From a virus (taxonomy: Duplodnaviria > Heunggongvirae > Uroviricota > Caudoviricetes), in IMG/VR virus record IMGVR_UViG_3300020045_006153, positions 243,550 to 307,549 of that record: a stretch of 64,000 nt of DNA; one strand, 5' to 3'. How positions within the stretch are numbered: the first letter of the stretch is position 1; every line of letters begins with the position of its first letter. The notes under the pieces were generated by a model. It made no database searches. It was not told the DNA's origin and worked only from the letters and a program-made list of their open reading frames with translations. Positions 46,134 through 56,518 of this stretch are shown here, in pieces. A program made the position numbers and the translations under genes.

Positions 46134-47500
46134 TTTTCTTTATCGTAAATACCTTCAAACGACTTGGCCCATTCTTGCCCGTTCCATTTGTATTGTATGC
46201 CTGTATATGCATTAGTTATATAAGTGGTGTTACTAATTGTAATTGAATTGAATATAATAACCCAACTAGTTCCGTTGTATTCAATAATGTCGTTTGCAGA
46301 AGCACTGAAAGTAGAACCCCATGCATCTGTTCCTATTCCGATATCTTCTAAAATAAGATAACGAGTACCGGCGGTAATTGAAGTAGGATTAACCGTTTGT
46401 GGATTTATAATTGCGTTAATTGTTCCGCTAGTTATGATCGGCCCTACTAGTGAAGTATTTGTTGAGACAGTATCTTGGTCAATGTTTAAACTCATTAACG
46501 ATTCGTTAGTTGGGTTTAAAGTTAAGTAAGCAACAATTTCGTGACCGTCTGTTTTTGCTAATCTTAACTGGCTTAACCCTGATGTAAACTTGCCGGGATA
46601 TAAATCGAGCAATTCTAACCAAGAAGGGCGATTAGGAACATTGTCAACGCTTGTCCAACCTTCGCTAACATTTTGTTCACCCGCAGGCACTAGAACAGCA
46701 ACATTATTCAAAACAAGTAAATCGTAATCCATTGGGGTTACTACTATTTTAGCAACAGGCGTAGATCCACTAAAGAAATCAGATCCATTAATAGCATCTT
46801 CATATCCACCGCTTGATCCTGTATTAATTGGTTCTGCAAAAACATTTGCTATTATTTTAGTAATAATACCTAGTTTTTTTACTTTAACTGGAGTTGAAAT
46901 CCATGCCGGTGCAGTAAATTGTAGAGTAGCAATGCTCAAATCGTTTGTTGCGCCTTGGGGAATAGTTCTAGATTCAAATACGCAATTATCTGTTAGTTCT
47001 AAGACACTTAAACTGCTCCAATCGATATAATTATCCGAGGTTTGAAATTCAATACTTGGATTAAACAATACTGTAATTTGTTCCCATAGTTGTAATTTTT
47101 GATCTAAACTAGTTGTCCAAATATCTACATTAAATGTAATAATATACGGAGTTGGCATTAACTTTTCAACTGTATAATTTGCACCTTGAGTGTTTAAATA
47201 TTCTTTACCTTGTGAATCGTATGCGCGTTCTCTGAAACTTTGTGACTGCACAAATGTAGGATCTTGAATTCGAGTGCGATCAAACTTTAAATCCTTTATG
47301 TACACTGCAATAAACGGTGCACTTTGCATTATATTTTCGGAATTTTTATTAACAATGCTTGCAACTTGTTTGTTCATATCGCCAAATCGTACAGGCACTT
47401 GAACTAATTGCCCTTTTGCATCTTTGTAACTAAAGTTACTAAAGAAGCGCATTACTTGTGTTAAGTAACGTTTGATTTGTCCATCATAAAAGAAGTCCAT
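46115..47500 (-). CDS. gp15: Tail terminator/sheath stabiliser with C-terminal extension (T4 gp15-like)
   Basis: FFYDGQIKRY, VPVRFG, MPTPY, QKLQLWEQI..LFNP; follows gp14. Confidence 0.75.
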   Translation of the reverse strand: MDFFYDGQIKRYLTQVMRFFSNFSYKDAKGQLVQVPVRFGDMNKQVASIVNKNSENIMQSAPFIAVYIKDLKFDRTRIQDPTFVQSQSFRERAYDSQGKEYLNTQGANYTVEKLMPTPYIITFNVDIWTTSLDQKLQLWEQITVLFNPSIEFQTSDNYIDWSSLSVLELTDNCVFESRTIPQGATNDLSIATLQFTAPAWISTPVKVKKLGIITKIIANVFAEPINTGSSGGYEDAINGSDFFSGSTPVAKIVVTPMDYDLLVLNNVAVLVPAGEQNVSEGWTSVDNVPNRPSWLELLDLYPGKFTSGLSQLRLAKTDGHEIVAYLTLNPTNESLMSLNIDQDTVSTNTSLVGPIITSGTINAIINPQTVNPTSITAGTRYLILEDIGIGTDAWGSTFSASANDIIEYNGTSWVIIFNSITISNTTYITNAYTGIQYKWNGQEWAKSFEGIYDKEKWRLIL

Positions 47501-47501
47501 T

Positions 47502-48665
47502 TTAATTATCTGCCTTTGGTTTTAGCGCCTTACTTAATGCTTGACGTTCTACTATTACTTCTCCTGCAATGGTAGCAGTATTTGTATTGTTGATAAAACT
47601 AGTTTTCAACGTCTTTCTATCAGCCGTATTTGTCATAGTCATCCGTACATTTTCTTCGTAATTAATCCAGTGCGTTCCGTCCCATCTAAACAATCTATTT
47701 GGAAAATAGTCAGTACGTAAATGAAATTGTCCTCGAACATTTCCTACTGGAAATGCATCCCCGGATGTAAATACTGCTCCATTTGGAGGAACTCCGTCAC
47801 CGGTCATATATCCTACATAGAAATTTCTGTTAGGTGAATTAAGTATCATACTTGCATCCATTGCCGCAGTTTCGATGTCAACAGTAAGATCAACACTACT
47901 AGCATCTGCTAAATCTACAATACCTGATTCCCTAGTTGGAATTACATAGAAACTGCGAGTATTATATCCACTTAACAGCGCATCTGATTCGGCTTGTGCA
48001 ACAATTGCATTATTAATTTCAATACTTTTATTGTAAGTGCTCATTATATCACGTATTGTACTGTTACCGTCGCCGGACGGTGCGTCAAGGATTTCTTTAA
48101 ATTCTTGGCTGTCTACTAGCGGAGTGCATTTTGCTCTAAGTAAATGAGGATACCATGTTGCACTATACCCGGTAGATGGGCGGGTTACTTCAGAAATAAC
48201 ATAAAATCTTTTTAATGCGACCATTGCATCGTCTAATGCATACTCGTCTTTCTGGTGTGGTAATTCAATCACATCGCCTGCCATTAACTTTCTACCAATT
48301 GATTCAACGGTACCTCGCAAATGAAAGTGTATCATTAACTCGTCGTTTTGTAAAAACAATCCAAACTGTGCTAAGTTAAATACCGAATCAATCATTGTAT
48401 AAACACCGCGCAAACAGTATACATCTGGATCGTAATGTCTGTCACGATTTTCCATAAAGATTAAATCTTGTATGCCTAATTCAGGAATAGGATTAGAATT
48501 AATTGGGTTTCCTGGCGAACTTGTTCCAGCAGTTGGATCAACTGGACCTAAATACTTGTGTATCATACAATCTGTTCCGCCAACTTGGAATTGCTCATTG
48601 ATTAACCGATCAATAAGTTTAAAATCGTTGCCCTTTTCCGGGCGGTAGAGTGAAAGTCTAGGCAT
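47502..48665 (-). CDS. gp14: Neck protein (T4 gp14-like)
   Basis: LAQFGLFL, GDVIELPH; divergent from gp13; leaderless start 8 nt after TAAATA. Confidence 0.7.
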   Translation of the reverse strand: MPRLSLYRPEKGNDFKLIDRLINEQFQVGGTDCMIHKYLGPVDPTAGTSSPGNPINSNPIPELGIQDLIFMENRDRHYDPDVYCLRGVYTMIDSVFNLAQFGLFLQNDELMIHFHLRGTVESIGRKLMAGDVIELPHQKDEYALDDAMVALKRFYVISEVTRPSTGYSATWYPHLLRAKCTPLVDSQEFKEILDAPSGDGNSTIRDIMSTYNKSIEINNAIVAQAESDALLSGYNTRSFYVIPTRESGIVDLADASSVDLTVDIETAAMDASMILNSPNRNFYVGYMTGDGVPPNGAVFTSGDAFPVGNVRGQFHLRTDYFPNRLFRWDGTHWINYEENVRMTMTNTADRKTLKTSFINNTNTATIAGEVIVERQALSKALKPKADN

Positions 48666-48676
48666 AGTAAGTGTAT

Positions 48677-49315
48677 TTATGGCTGTTTTGTTTTACAGTT
48701 ATCACCATGCCATCTAAAGAAATTAGTGCCAGCAACTGCTTTGCTGCAATGAATGCATGTATATTTTGTCCTATTTTGTGCCTTCTCTCGTATCTTGTTT
48801 AATGTTATGAGAGAATGCGATTTACCTTGATTCCATGTACCTACTGTATCAGCGACTGCTTTACGACGAATAGACATTAATTCTTTTTCTTCTGATGTTC
48901 TAGGTATACCTTTATTCCAAGCAACATTTCCAGTATTTGCTTTTGATATTTTTTGTTTTGTTTCTGCAGATGTAACTACCCCTTGTCTAGTGGATCCGAA
49001 TTGCTTTCTTAAAAATTCATAAGTGTGCGAACACGGGTAATACCTGTCTTGAAAATCTGCACCTTTAACGGTCATTCTCCATACTGCACGTTTCATTTTT
49101 ATTAGACTAAGACCTTCGGTCATTTTAGTTAATAATCTATGACAAATAAAATGTTCTCGCGCAGTTAATTTTACTAAATTATCTTTGAAGTTGCTTCCTC
49201 CTATGCTTTTAGGAATAATATGATGTTTTTCAGAATATCCAATAATAGATGATCGACTTTGAGCGCGATTAATAATTTGAGTATACCAAGTGGTATACTT
49301 GTTAGGTAAATACAT
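48677..49315 (-). mobile_element. Free-standing HNH homing endonuclease, paralog of 16124-16804
   Basis: EKHHIIPKSIGG..NLVKLTAREHFICHRLL; SAETKQKISKA and WNKG repeats; CIHC..WHGDNC. Confidence 0.88.
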
Positions 49316-49380
49316 TGCTGATGCTCCGTTAAAGCGTTAGAGTAGTTAGGCCTGCACGCCGTGAACTACAACTATTTATA
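49316..49380 (-). promoter_or_regulatory. Late promoter TATAAATA (49373-49380) and structured leader of the HNH gene
   Basis: GTAGTT/AACTAC stem, a loop able to pair downstream, GGAG SD. Confidence 0.55.
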
Positions 49381-49391
49381 AGAAACTTTTT

Positions 49392-50153
49392 ATGGCCAAT
49401 GATCTCGACAACGAACGTCAAAATGTAATAACATATATTCAAACCTTCTTAGGCGCAGGCCTTGTTGATGTGGAATTAGATCCTATCCATTATAATACTG
49501 CTATTGATAAAGCACTTATGCGATATCGCCAGCGTAGTCAAAATTCAACTGAAGAAAGTTACGGGTTTGTTACGCTACAAGTTGATCAAAACGAATACTT
49601 TTTACCTAAAGAAGTAATGGAAGTCAGACAAGCATTTAGGCGTAGCATTGGTTCTCGAAGTGGCGGTGGTGACGGCGGCAGTTTGTTTGAACCATTTAAC
49701 CTTGCGTATTCTAATACATATTTGATGTCAAGTTCTAACATGGGCGGGCTTGGCACATACTTTGCATTTGCAAGTTATCAAAACTTAGTAGGTAAGATGT
49801 TTGGAAGTTTTATTAATTTCTCGTTTAATCCCACTTCTCACAAACTAACAATTATGCAACGTCCTAGAACAGAAGAAAGCGTATTATTGTGGATGTATAA
49901 TTATCGTCCGGATTTTAATTTATTTCAAGACTCGTATGCAGGTCTATGGATTAAGGATTATGCACTTGCTAATGCTAAAGTTATGCTAGGCGAAGCACGT
50001 GAAAAGTTTGCATCTATTGCCGGTCCACAGGGGCCTACTACTTTAAACGGTACTGCATTAAAAGCAGAAGGGCTGGCTGCTATTGAAAAACTAGATTTAG
50101 AATTGATCAATAATTACGACAACCAAAAGCCTATGACATTTGTAATTGGCTAA
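49392..50153 (+). CDS. gp13: Neck protein (T4 gp13-like)
   Basis: LGAGLVDVELD, WIKDYALA..K..LG..R.KF, GPQG..LNG. Confidence 0.85.
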   Translation: MANDLDNERQNVITYIQTFLGAGLVDVELDPIHYNTAIDKALMRYRQRSQNSTEESYGFVTLQVDQNEYFLPKEVMEVRQAFRRSIGSRSGGGDGGSLFEPFNLAYSNTYLMSSSNMGGLGTYFAFASYQNLVGKMFGSFINFSFNPTSHKLTIMQRPRTEESVLLWMYNYRPDFNLFQDSYAGLWIKDYALANAKVMLGEAREKFASIAGPQGPTTLNGTALKAEGLAAIEKLDLELINNYDNQKPMTFVIG

Positions 50154-50161
50154 TAAAAATA

Positions 50162-50195
50162 TTGACCTATTTGGCGCAATGCTATAAATTATAAT
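50162..50195 (+). promoter_or_regulatory. Possible sigma70-type promoter for the dNMP kinase gene
   Basis: TTGACC (50162-50167) with TAAATT at 17-nt spacing; TATAAT also nearby. Confidence 0.45.
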
Positions 50196-50211
50196 ATCGC
50201 TAGGGGATAAT

Positions 50212-50919
50212 ATGATTGTAGGTTTCGTTGGATTAATTGGTGCCGGCAAAGACACCGCAGCAGACTATTTGGTTAACTTCCATGGGTTTAGACGTGACAG
50301 TTTTGCAGGAACTCTTAAAGATGCAGTAGCAAGTGTATTCGGATGGGATAGAACACTTTTAGAAGGCCGCACTAAAGAATCTAGAGAGTGGCGTGACCAA
50401 GTAGATACATGGTGGGCAGATAGATTAGATATTAAAAATCTAACGCCGCGATGGGTGTTACAAAATTGGGGTACTGAAGTATGTCGACATGGATTCCACG
50501 ATGATATATGGATTGCCTCTTTAGAAAATAAAATGCGCAAAACCACCGATAATATTGTTATTAGTGATGTTCGATTTACAAATGAAATCAAAGCAATACA
50601 TGATGCAGGTGGAATTGTAATTCGCGTAAAACGAGGTAATGAGCCTGAATGGTTTGATGCAGCAATTGCATACAACAAAGGACCAAACGGTAATACAGAA
50701 TGGGCATTAGGTAAAGCCAAACTAGACCGATTTCATGTTCATGCGAGTGAATACTCGTGGGCTGGTGGCAATATCGATATCGTAATCGATAATAACTCGT
50801 CGATCGACGAGTTATTTGAAAATATTAGGATTGCTACTCGAGATCCGCTTAGAGATCAGGCGATAAAGCGCCTTGGCGCCATGGCATTTGAAGAGTATGC
50901 AGAAGGCGCTGACAATTAG
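50212..50919 (+). CDS. gp1: Deoxynucleoside monophosphate kinase
   Basis: GLIGAGKDT, FAGTLKD, TPRWVLQNWGTE, ISDVRFTNE, HASE. Confidence 0.92.
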   Translation: MIVGFVGLIGAGKDTAADYLVNFHGFRRDSFAGTLKDAVASVFGWDRTLLEGRTKESREWRDQVDTWWADRLDIKNLTPRWVLQNWGTEVCRHGFHDDIWIASLENKMRKTTDNIVISDVRFTNEIKAIHDAGGIVIRVKRGNEPEWFDAAIAYNKGPNGNTEWALGKAKLDRFHVHASEYSWAGGNIDIVIDNNSSIDELFENIRIATRDPLRDQAIKRLGAMAFEEYAEGADN

Positions 50920-51184
50920 CACATACTGATTTTAGATTGTTAAATCGGCAATTCTTTAAATTGCCATCAACATGAAACACATTAAATTGTTCCACATGCT
51001 TACTTGTAAATCCGCATTTATCACATTTAGGCTTTAATCTATATCCTGCTCTAAACCACGTCGGAATTCCGTCTTGTGATACCCTTGAACAATGATCACA
51101 CTGCGATCTATAGTGTGCATTTCCGTTTTTATAGTAGTTAATTGCTACTGGCCTGCATCCGCATGTCTTACATAATTGTCTCAT
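50849..51184 (-). CDS. Small zinc-binding HNH-fold protein
   Basis: Four CxxC pairs; HVDGNLKNC..NNL..VCANC; leaderless start 4 nt after TAAATA. Confidence 0.7.
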   Translation of the reverse strand: MRQLCKTCGCRPVAINYYKNGNAHYRSQCDHCSRVSQDGIPTWFRAGYRLKPKCDKCGFTSKHVEQFNVFHVDGNLKNCRFNNLKSVCANCQRLLHTLQMPWRQGALSPDL

Positions 51185-51288
51185 ATTGTATTTACGCCCT
51201 TTGTCGCGCCCTTTAAACTGTTGTTTAGTTCCTTAAAAACGGTATTGGTGCTAAATAAAAACAAGTAATCCATTAAGGAGATTTAACA

Positions 51289-54200
51289 ATGGCAACACTA
51301 CAATCACCAGGCGTACAAGTTAGCGTAATCGACGAAAGCTTCTACACACCTGCTGCCCCAGGAACAGTTCCTCTAATATTTGTGGCTTCTGCTTCAAATA
51401 AGTCAAATGCTAGCGGCACAGGAACCGCACCAGGCACACTTGCAATTAATGCAGGAAAAGTTTGGACTATCACAAGTCAACGCGATCTTACAGATACATT
51501 TGGTACTCCATTGTTCTATACAGACGCAAGTGGTAATCCAGTAAACGGCGGAGAACTAAATGAATACGGCTTACAAGCAGCATACAGTTTGTTAGGCGTA
51601 AGTTCAAAAGCATACATTACTCGTGCAGATATTGATCTAGGTCAATTATTGCCTCAAGCAAGTGTACCAGAAGGTGATCCAGTTAGTGGCACCTATTGGA
51701 TTGATACAAATGATTCGTTGTATGGTGTAAGTCAATGGGATGCAATTAACAAAGTATTCACCCAAGTTACTCCTTTATTAATCGATAATACTAATAAATT
51801 AAGTGTTGCTGATTTATCATCTAACGAATGGACACCTAAGGATAGTTTCGGAACAGTTGGTTCTTACGCTATGGTTGTTACTAGCGAAAACACAAATCAA
51901 TTATGGTTTAAAAATACAGATAATGCATGGGTTGTTGTTGGGTCTAATGAGGAATCAAATTTTAGTGCAACTGGATTTGTTAGTTCTGCATGGCAATCGA
52001 GCTGGCCTGTAGCAGTTAGCGCAGGATTAGGTACTATTACTACTGGTACTATTACGATTAATACTCTTTCTGTATCTATTGCAGCAGCGGCTTCTGTATC
52101 AGATATTGTTTTAGCAATTAATACCGCAGCAGGATCTACACACGGAGTTAATGCAAAAGTGTTAGGTGGCAAAGTTGCAATTTATGCAGATGCTACTGCA
52201 ACATCTAATGGTACGCTAGCAGACGGTAAACTTACACTAGCAGATGGAACAATCACTGTTGCATCCATTGGCCTTATTGCTCAAACTTATGGCGCAGTTG
52301 CGTTATCTGTTCAATCTCACACACAATACCCGCAATACGGTACTGGTAAGAATCCAAGTGGAAGTGTATATGTTAAAACTACTGCACCTAATTATGGAGC
52401 CAGTTGGTTAGTTAAATATTTCAACGGTGCGACTCAAACATGGGGAACAGTTTCTGCTCCAATTTATTCGAGTAGTGCAGTTGCAACTAACACGTTAGAT
52501 GCAGCAGGTGGAAAAAATATTGCTACAGGAACTTTGTTCATTGAAGCAAATTATGATCACGGTATTGGTTCTGATAGTGCACCTAAGTTAGCAGAGTTTA
52601 AAGTATACCGTCGTACTGCTGTAAGTCCAACTACTATTGTAGGAACATACAGTACATCAACATTTGCTTCTACTGCAACTTTCCAAATTAGTGAAACTGT
52701 TGCTGGAAGTGCAATTTATGCAAATACTTCGACTATTACTATTCCTGCAGGAAGTGCAATTGCTGATGTTGTAACTAAAGTTAGTGCAGCCGGATTAACA
52801 AATGTATCTGCTGTATATAATACAGACGCTGGAACATTTACTTTAAAACATGCACTCGGCGGCGACTTCAAGTTAACCGACGGTTCTAATACACCATTGC
52901 TTACACTTGGATTTAGTGCATACAATATGACTACTAAATTAGGTACTGCAAACTTATACAATACCGGTAGTTTTGATGCAGAAGAGTTTATTGCAAGTAA
53001 TTGGAAACCTCTAGTATATGAAGCAAAAACAACTGCTCCATTCTCTACACCGATTGATGGTCAACTATGGTATAGTTCGGTTGTTGACCAAGTTGATATT
53101 ATGTATCACAATGGCGATACATGGGTTGGTTATAAAACAGCGTTTCCATTAAGTGATCCTGCTGGTCCACAAGTATCTGCACTTGCTCCTGCTACACAGA
53201 GCGACGGCACTGATTTAGTAACTGGCGATATTTGGATTAGTACTGCCGATATTGAACTATACGGACAAGCGATTTATGTATGGGACGGCGATCTATTAAA
53301 ATGGATTCAACAAGATCCTACAGACCAAACTACTCCAGATGGATGGTTATTCCGTGATGCGCGTTGGGCAACTGCCGGTGACTTAACCGAGTCTTCTACA
53401 ATTATTCAATTACTAAGCAGCGATTATTTAGATCCAGATGCTCCTGATCCAGCACTTTATCCACAAGGTATGCGTTTATGGAATCTACGTCGTTCTGGAT
53501 TCAACGTAAAGCAATATGTAAGTAATTACATTAATGTTTATGATAATGATGGTAAGAATGCACGGTTTGGCAATGATCCTATGGATGATTACGCAGCAGA
53601 TCGTTGGGTTTCTGTTAGTCCTAATAATGCTAACGGCAGCGGCACATTTGGACGTTATGCACAACGCGGATTCTTGGTAAAAGGATTTAAGGCACTTATT
53701 GATACAAATGCAGCAATTAGAGATACTGATACATTAGTGTTTAATTTGATTGCATGCCCTGGTTACTCTGAAGCAATTCAAAACATGATTGCATTCAACA
53801 CTGATCGTGGACTAACTGCATTTGTTATCGGCGATACTCCGTTCCGTTTAAAACCAACAGGTACTGATTTATCTGCATGGGGATTTAACACAAACAGTGC
53901 AGTTGATAATAACGATGTCGGTGGTGTTAGTTATGACGAGTACATGGCTATGTTCTATCCAAGTGGATTTACAAACGATAATACTGGAAACTATATTGTT
54001 GTTCCGCCAAGCCACATGATGCTACGTACTATCGCTAACAGTGATGCAAAGAGTTATCAATGGTTTGCTCCTGCAGGTACACGTCGTGGCGGTGTTGACA
54101 ATGCTACTTCGGTAGGGTATATATTAGATGGTGAATTTAAACCAGTTGCATTACACGAATCTATTCGTGATGTAATGGCTTCTGTTAAAATTAACCCTAT

Positions 54201-54591
54201 TACAACTTTCCCAGGTGTTGGTATTGTAAATTATGGCCAATATACTCGCGCAAGAAATGCAAGTTCTTTAGATAGAATTAACGTTGCTCGCTTAGTATGC
54301 TACTTACGTAGACAATTAAGTATTCTTGCTCGTCCGTTCTTGTTTGAACCGAATGACAAGATTACACGTAATGAAATCAAAGCGGCCGCAGAAAGTCTAT
54401 TACTAGAATTAGTAGGACAACGTGCACTATACGACTTTATTGTGGTATGTGACAGTTCTAATAATACAAGTGCTAGAATTGATCGAAGCGAATTGTGGAT
54501 GGATATTGCTATTGAACCAGTTAAGGCTGTAGAGTTTATCTACATTCCACTTCGCTTGAAGAATACTGGCGCGATTGCTGCCGGTCTATAA
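51289..54591 (+). CDS. gp18: Tail sheath protein with large insertion domains
   Basis: LQSPGVQVSVIDES, VPPSH, WFAPAGTRRG, INPI, LDRINVARL, FLFEPND, IEPVKAVEFIYI; TAAATA 51252 plus AAGGAG. Confidence 0.95.
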   Translation: MATLQSPGVQVSVIDESFYTPAAPGTVPLIFVASASNKSNASGTGTAPGTLAINAGKVWTITSQRDLTDTFGTPLFYTDASGNPVNGGELNEYGLQAAYSLLGVSSKAYITRADIDLGQLLPQASVPEGDPVSGTYWIDTNDSLYGVSQWDAINKVFTQVTPLLIDNTNKLSVADLSSNEWTPKDSFGTVGSYAMVVTSENTNQLWFKNTDNAWVVVGSNEESNFSATGFVSSAWQSSWPVAVSAGLGTITTGTITINTLSVSIAAAASVSDIVLAINTAAGSTHGVNAKVLGGKVAIYADATATSNGTLADGKLTLADGTITVASIGLIAQTYGAVALSVQSHTQYPQYGTGKNPSGSVYVKTTAPNYGASWLVKYFNGATQTWGTVSAPIYSSSAVATNTLDAAGGKNIATGTLFIEANYDHGIGSDSAPKLAEFKVYRRTAVSPTTIVGTYSTSTFASTATFQISETVAGSAIYANTSTITIPAGSAIADVVTKVSAAGLTNVSAVYNTDAGTFTLKHALGGDFKLTDGSNTPLLTLGFSAYNMTTKLGTANLYNTGSFDAEEFIASNWKPLVYEAKTTAPFSTPIDGQLWYSSVVDQVDIMYHNGDTWVGYKTAFPLSDPAGPQVSALAPATQSDGTDLVTGDIWISTADIELYGQAIYVWDGDLLKWIQQDPTDQTTPDGWLFRDARWATAGDLTESSTIIQLLSSDYLDPDAPDPALYPQGMRLWNLRRSGFNVKQYVSNYINVYDNDGKNARFGNDPMDDYAADRWVSVSPNNANGSGTFGRYAQRGFLVKGFKALIDTNAAIRDTDTLVFNLIACPGYSEAIQNMIAFNTDRGLTAFVIGDTPFRLKPTGTDLSAWGFNTNSAVDNNDVGGVSYDEYMAMFYPSGFTNDNTGNYIVVPPSHMMLRTIANSDAKSYQWFAPAGTRRGGVDNATSVGYILDGEFKPVALHESIRDVMASVKINPITTFPGVGIVNYGQYTRARNASSLDRINVARLVCYLRRQLSILARPFLFEPNDKITRNEIKAAAESLLLELVGQRALYDFIVVCDSSNNTSARIDRSELWMDIAIEPVKAVEFIYIPLRLKNTGAIAAGL

Positions 54592-54626
54592 TTAATAAAT
54601 ATAGTAAAGAAAAAGGAACACTTAAC

Positions 54627-55253
54627 ATGGCAATTTCCAGTCTAAGTAAATTAGGTGTCCCCCTTCAAGGGGACCAAAGCGCAGGCAATCAAGGCCTACT
54701 AATGCCAAAGCTGCAATATCGCTTTCGTGTGCTATTTGAAAATTTTGGTGTGAGCAAACCGACTACAGAACTAACAAAACAAGTTATTTCTACTACTCGC
54801 CCTTCTCCAGAATTTGAACAAATTACTCTTGATGTTTATAACAGCAAGATTAAGATGCCCGGCAAGCCAAAATGGAACGATATTTCTGTTATTGTACGCG
54901 ACGATGTTACTGGCGCAGTTAGTAAACTAGTCGGCGAACAAATTCAGAAACAATTTGACTTCTTTGAACAGTCTAGTGCTGCATCTGGCATTGATTATAA
55001 GTTCACTGCTAAGATTGAATTGCTTGACGGTGGTAACGGCGCGTATGAGCCAGGTGTTCTTGAAACATTTGAACTATATGGTTGCTATATTACTAAAGCA
55101 GAATATAAGTCTGCTGAATATAAAACAAGCGATGCAATGGATATTACAATTGGTATCTCGTATGATAATGCTATCCAAGTTAATCAATCTGGTGTCAACA
55201 CTGGTATTGGTGCAAACGTTGGACGTACTATACGTACACTTGCTACAGGCTAA
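54627..55253 (+). CDS. gp19: Tail tube protein
   Basis: Follows the sheath; PKLQYRFRV, GKPKWNDI, ISYDNA. Confidence 0.88.
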   Translation: MAISSLSKLGVPLQGDQSAGNQGLLMPKLQYRFRVLFENFGVSKPTTELTKQVISTTRPSPEFEQITLDVYNSKIKMPGKPKWNDISVIVRDDVTGAVSKLVGEQIQKQFDFFEQSSAASGIDYKFTAKIELLDGGNGAYEPGVLETFELYGCYITKAEYKSAEYKTSDAMDITIGISYDNAIQVNQSGVNTGIGANVGRTIRTLATG

Positions 55254-55267
55254 TAACCAGAGTGCAG

Positions 55268-55295
55268 AAAAAGGGCGTAATTTACGCCCTTTTTT
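55268..55295 (+). terminator. Intrinsic terminator, possibly bidirectional
   Basis: AAAAAGGGCGT-AATTT-ACGCCCTTTTTT. Confidence 0.85.
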
Positions 55296-55312
55296 AATGA
55301 CTAAATAATAGC

Positions 55313-56515
55313 ATGTCTAATCCTTTTGTAAACTTTCTCTCTAGCATGGCCGACGGGTCAGGCGATATGCGTGATTATCAACATGCTTCTAGGTTGTATG
55401 TAAACAACACATACGAGTTAGCACCTAAAGCAGGTTGGATTTATTATGTTGTGTTGAATATAAATCCAGCAGTTGCATCTGCTATGTTAGATTCTAAAGT
55501 AGCAGCACAGTTTGCTACATGGCAATCTAGATACAAAGGCTCGGTAGGGCTATTAGCAAAGATGATCGATCTTCCTAAGTTTACAATTCAAACAGAAACA
55601 CTAAATCAGTATAATAAAAAAACAATTATACAGAAACAAATTATGTATAGTCCTATATCAGTTACATTTCATGATGATATGGCTAATTCAACAACTGATA
55701 TGTGGAAATTTTATTATCAATATTATTTTGCAGACAGCATAAATTCTGGAGTAACTTCGTCTCCACTTAGTATTTTACCTAAATATATGGATTCGAAATA
55801 TGCAGACAGTCAATCCGCGTATGGATTAAACAATAAACAATCAGTTCCTTTTTTTACATCAATTGATGTGTATCAATTACATAAGAAAAAATTTACTTCA
55901 TTTAAAATTGTTAACCCTATTATTAAAGAATGGGCGCACGATAGTCTTGATCAAACACAAGGTAATCGAACATTAACAAGTAAGATGACGGTTGATTATG
56001 AAACTATCATTTATAATACAAGTGCTGCAAATAAGTCAACTGAACAAAATCCTGGTTTTGGAACAGATCACTATGATAATACTCCAAGCCCTATTAGTGT
56101 TGGGGGAAACGGTGCTGTAAGTTTATTAGGTGGCGCGGGTGTGCTTGCTGGTGCAGATGATATTTTTGGTGATTTACAGAACTTAGATTCAATGAGTCCA
56201 TTAGACATGATGAATACGGCACTAAAAGCAAATTCATTATTAAAAAATGTTAAGAACTTATCAGTTGCAGGATTAAAACAAGAAGGAGTAGGAGTAATCA
56301 ATAATGCATTAGCAGGAATGGTATCATCTCCGTCTTCAGTAGTTGGGTTAGATGGCACCGTTACAAAAGTCCCTACTTCTGATCGAATAGGCGCTGGTGT
56401 AAGTTCTGCAATATCTGGTATTGCTGCTTCTTTTTCTCCAATTGGCATAAAACTTTTCAGTGGTGCAGGATCATTTGTAAATAATACAACAGCAGCATCT
56501 CAAACAAAAACTTAA
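55313..56515 (+). CDS. Tube-like baseplate/tail tube initiator protein (gp54/gp48 type)
   Basis: Tube-fold motifs IDLPKF..ETLNQYN..YSPISVTFHDD..VDYE; Gly-rich tail; follows gp19. Confidence 0.6.
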   Translation: MSNPFVNFLSSMADGSGDMRDYQHASRLYVNNTYELAPKAGWIYYVVLNINPAVASAMLDSKVAAQFATWQSRYKGSVGLLAKMIDLPKFTIQTETLNQYNKKTIIQKQIMYSPISVTFHDDMANSTTDMWKFYYQYYFADSINSGVTSSPLSILPKYMDSKYADSQSAYGLNNKQSVPFFTSIDVYQLHKKKFTSFKIVNPIIKEWAHDSLDQTQGNRTLTSKMTVDYETIIYNTSAANKSTEQNPGFGTDHYDNTPSPISVGGNGAVSLLGGAGVLAGADDIFGDLQNLDSMSPLDMMNTALKANSLLKNVKNLSVAGLKQEGVGVINNALAGMVSSPSSVVGLDGTVTKVPTSDRIGAGVSSAISGIAASFSPIGIKLFSGAGSFVNNTTAASQTKT

Positions 56516-56518
56516 TAT

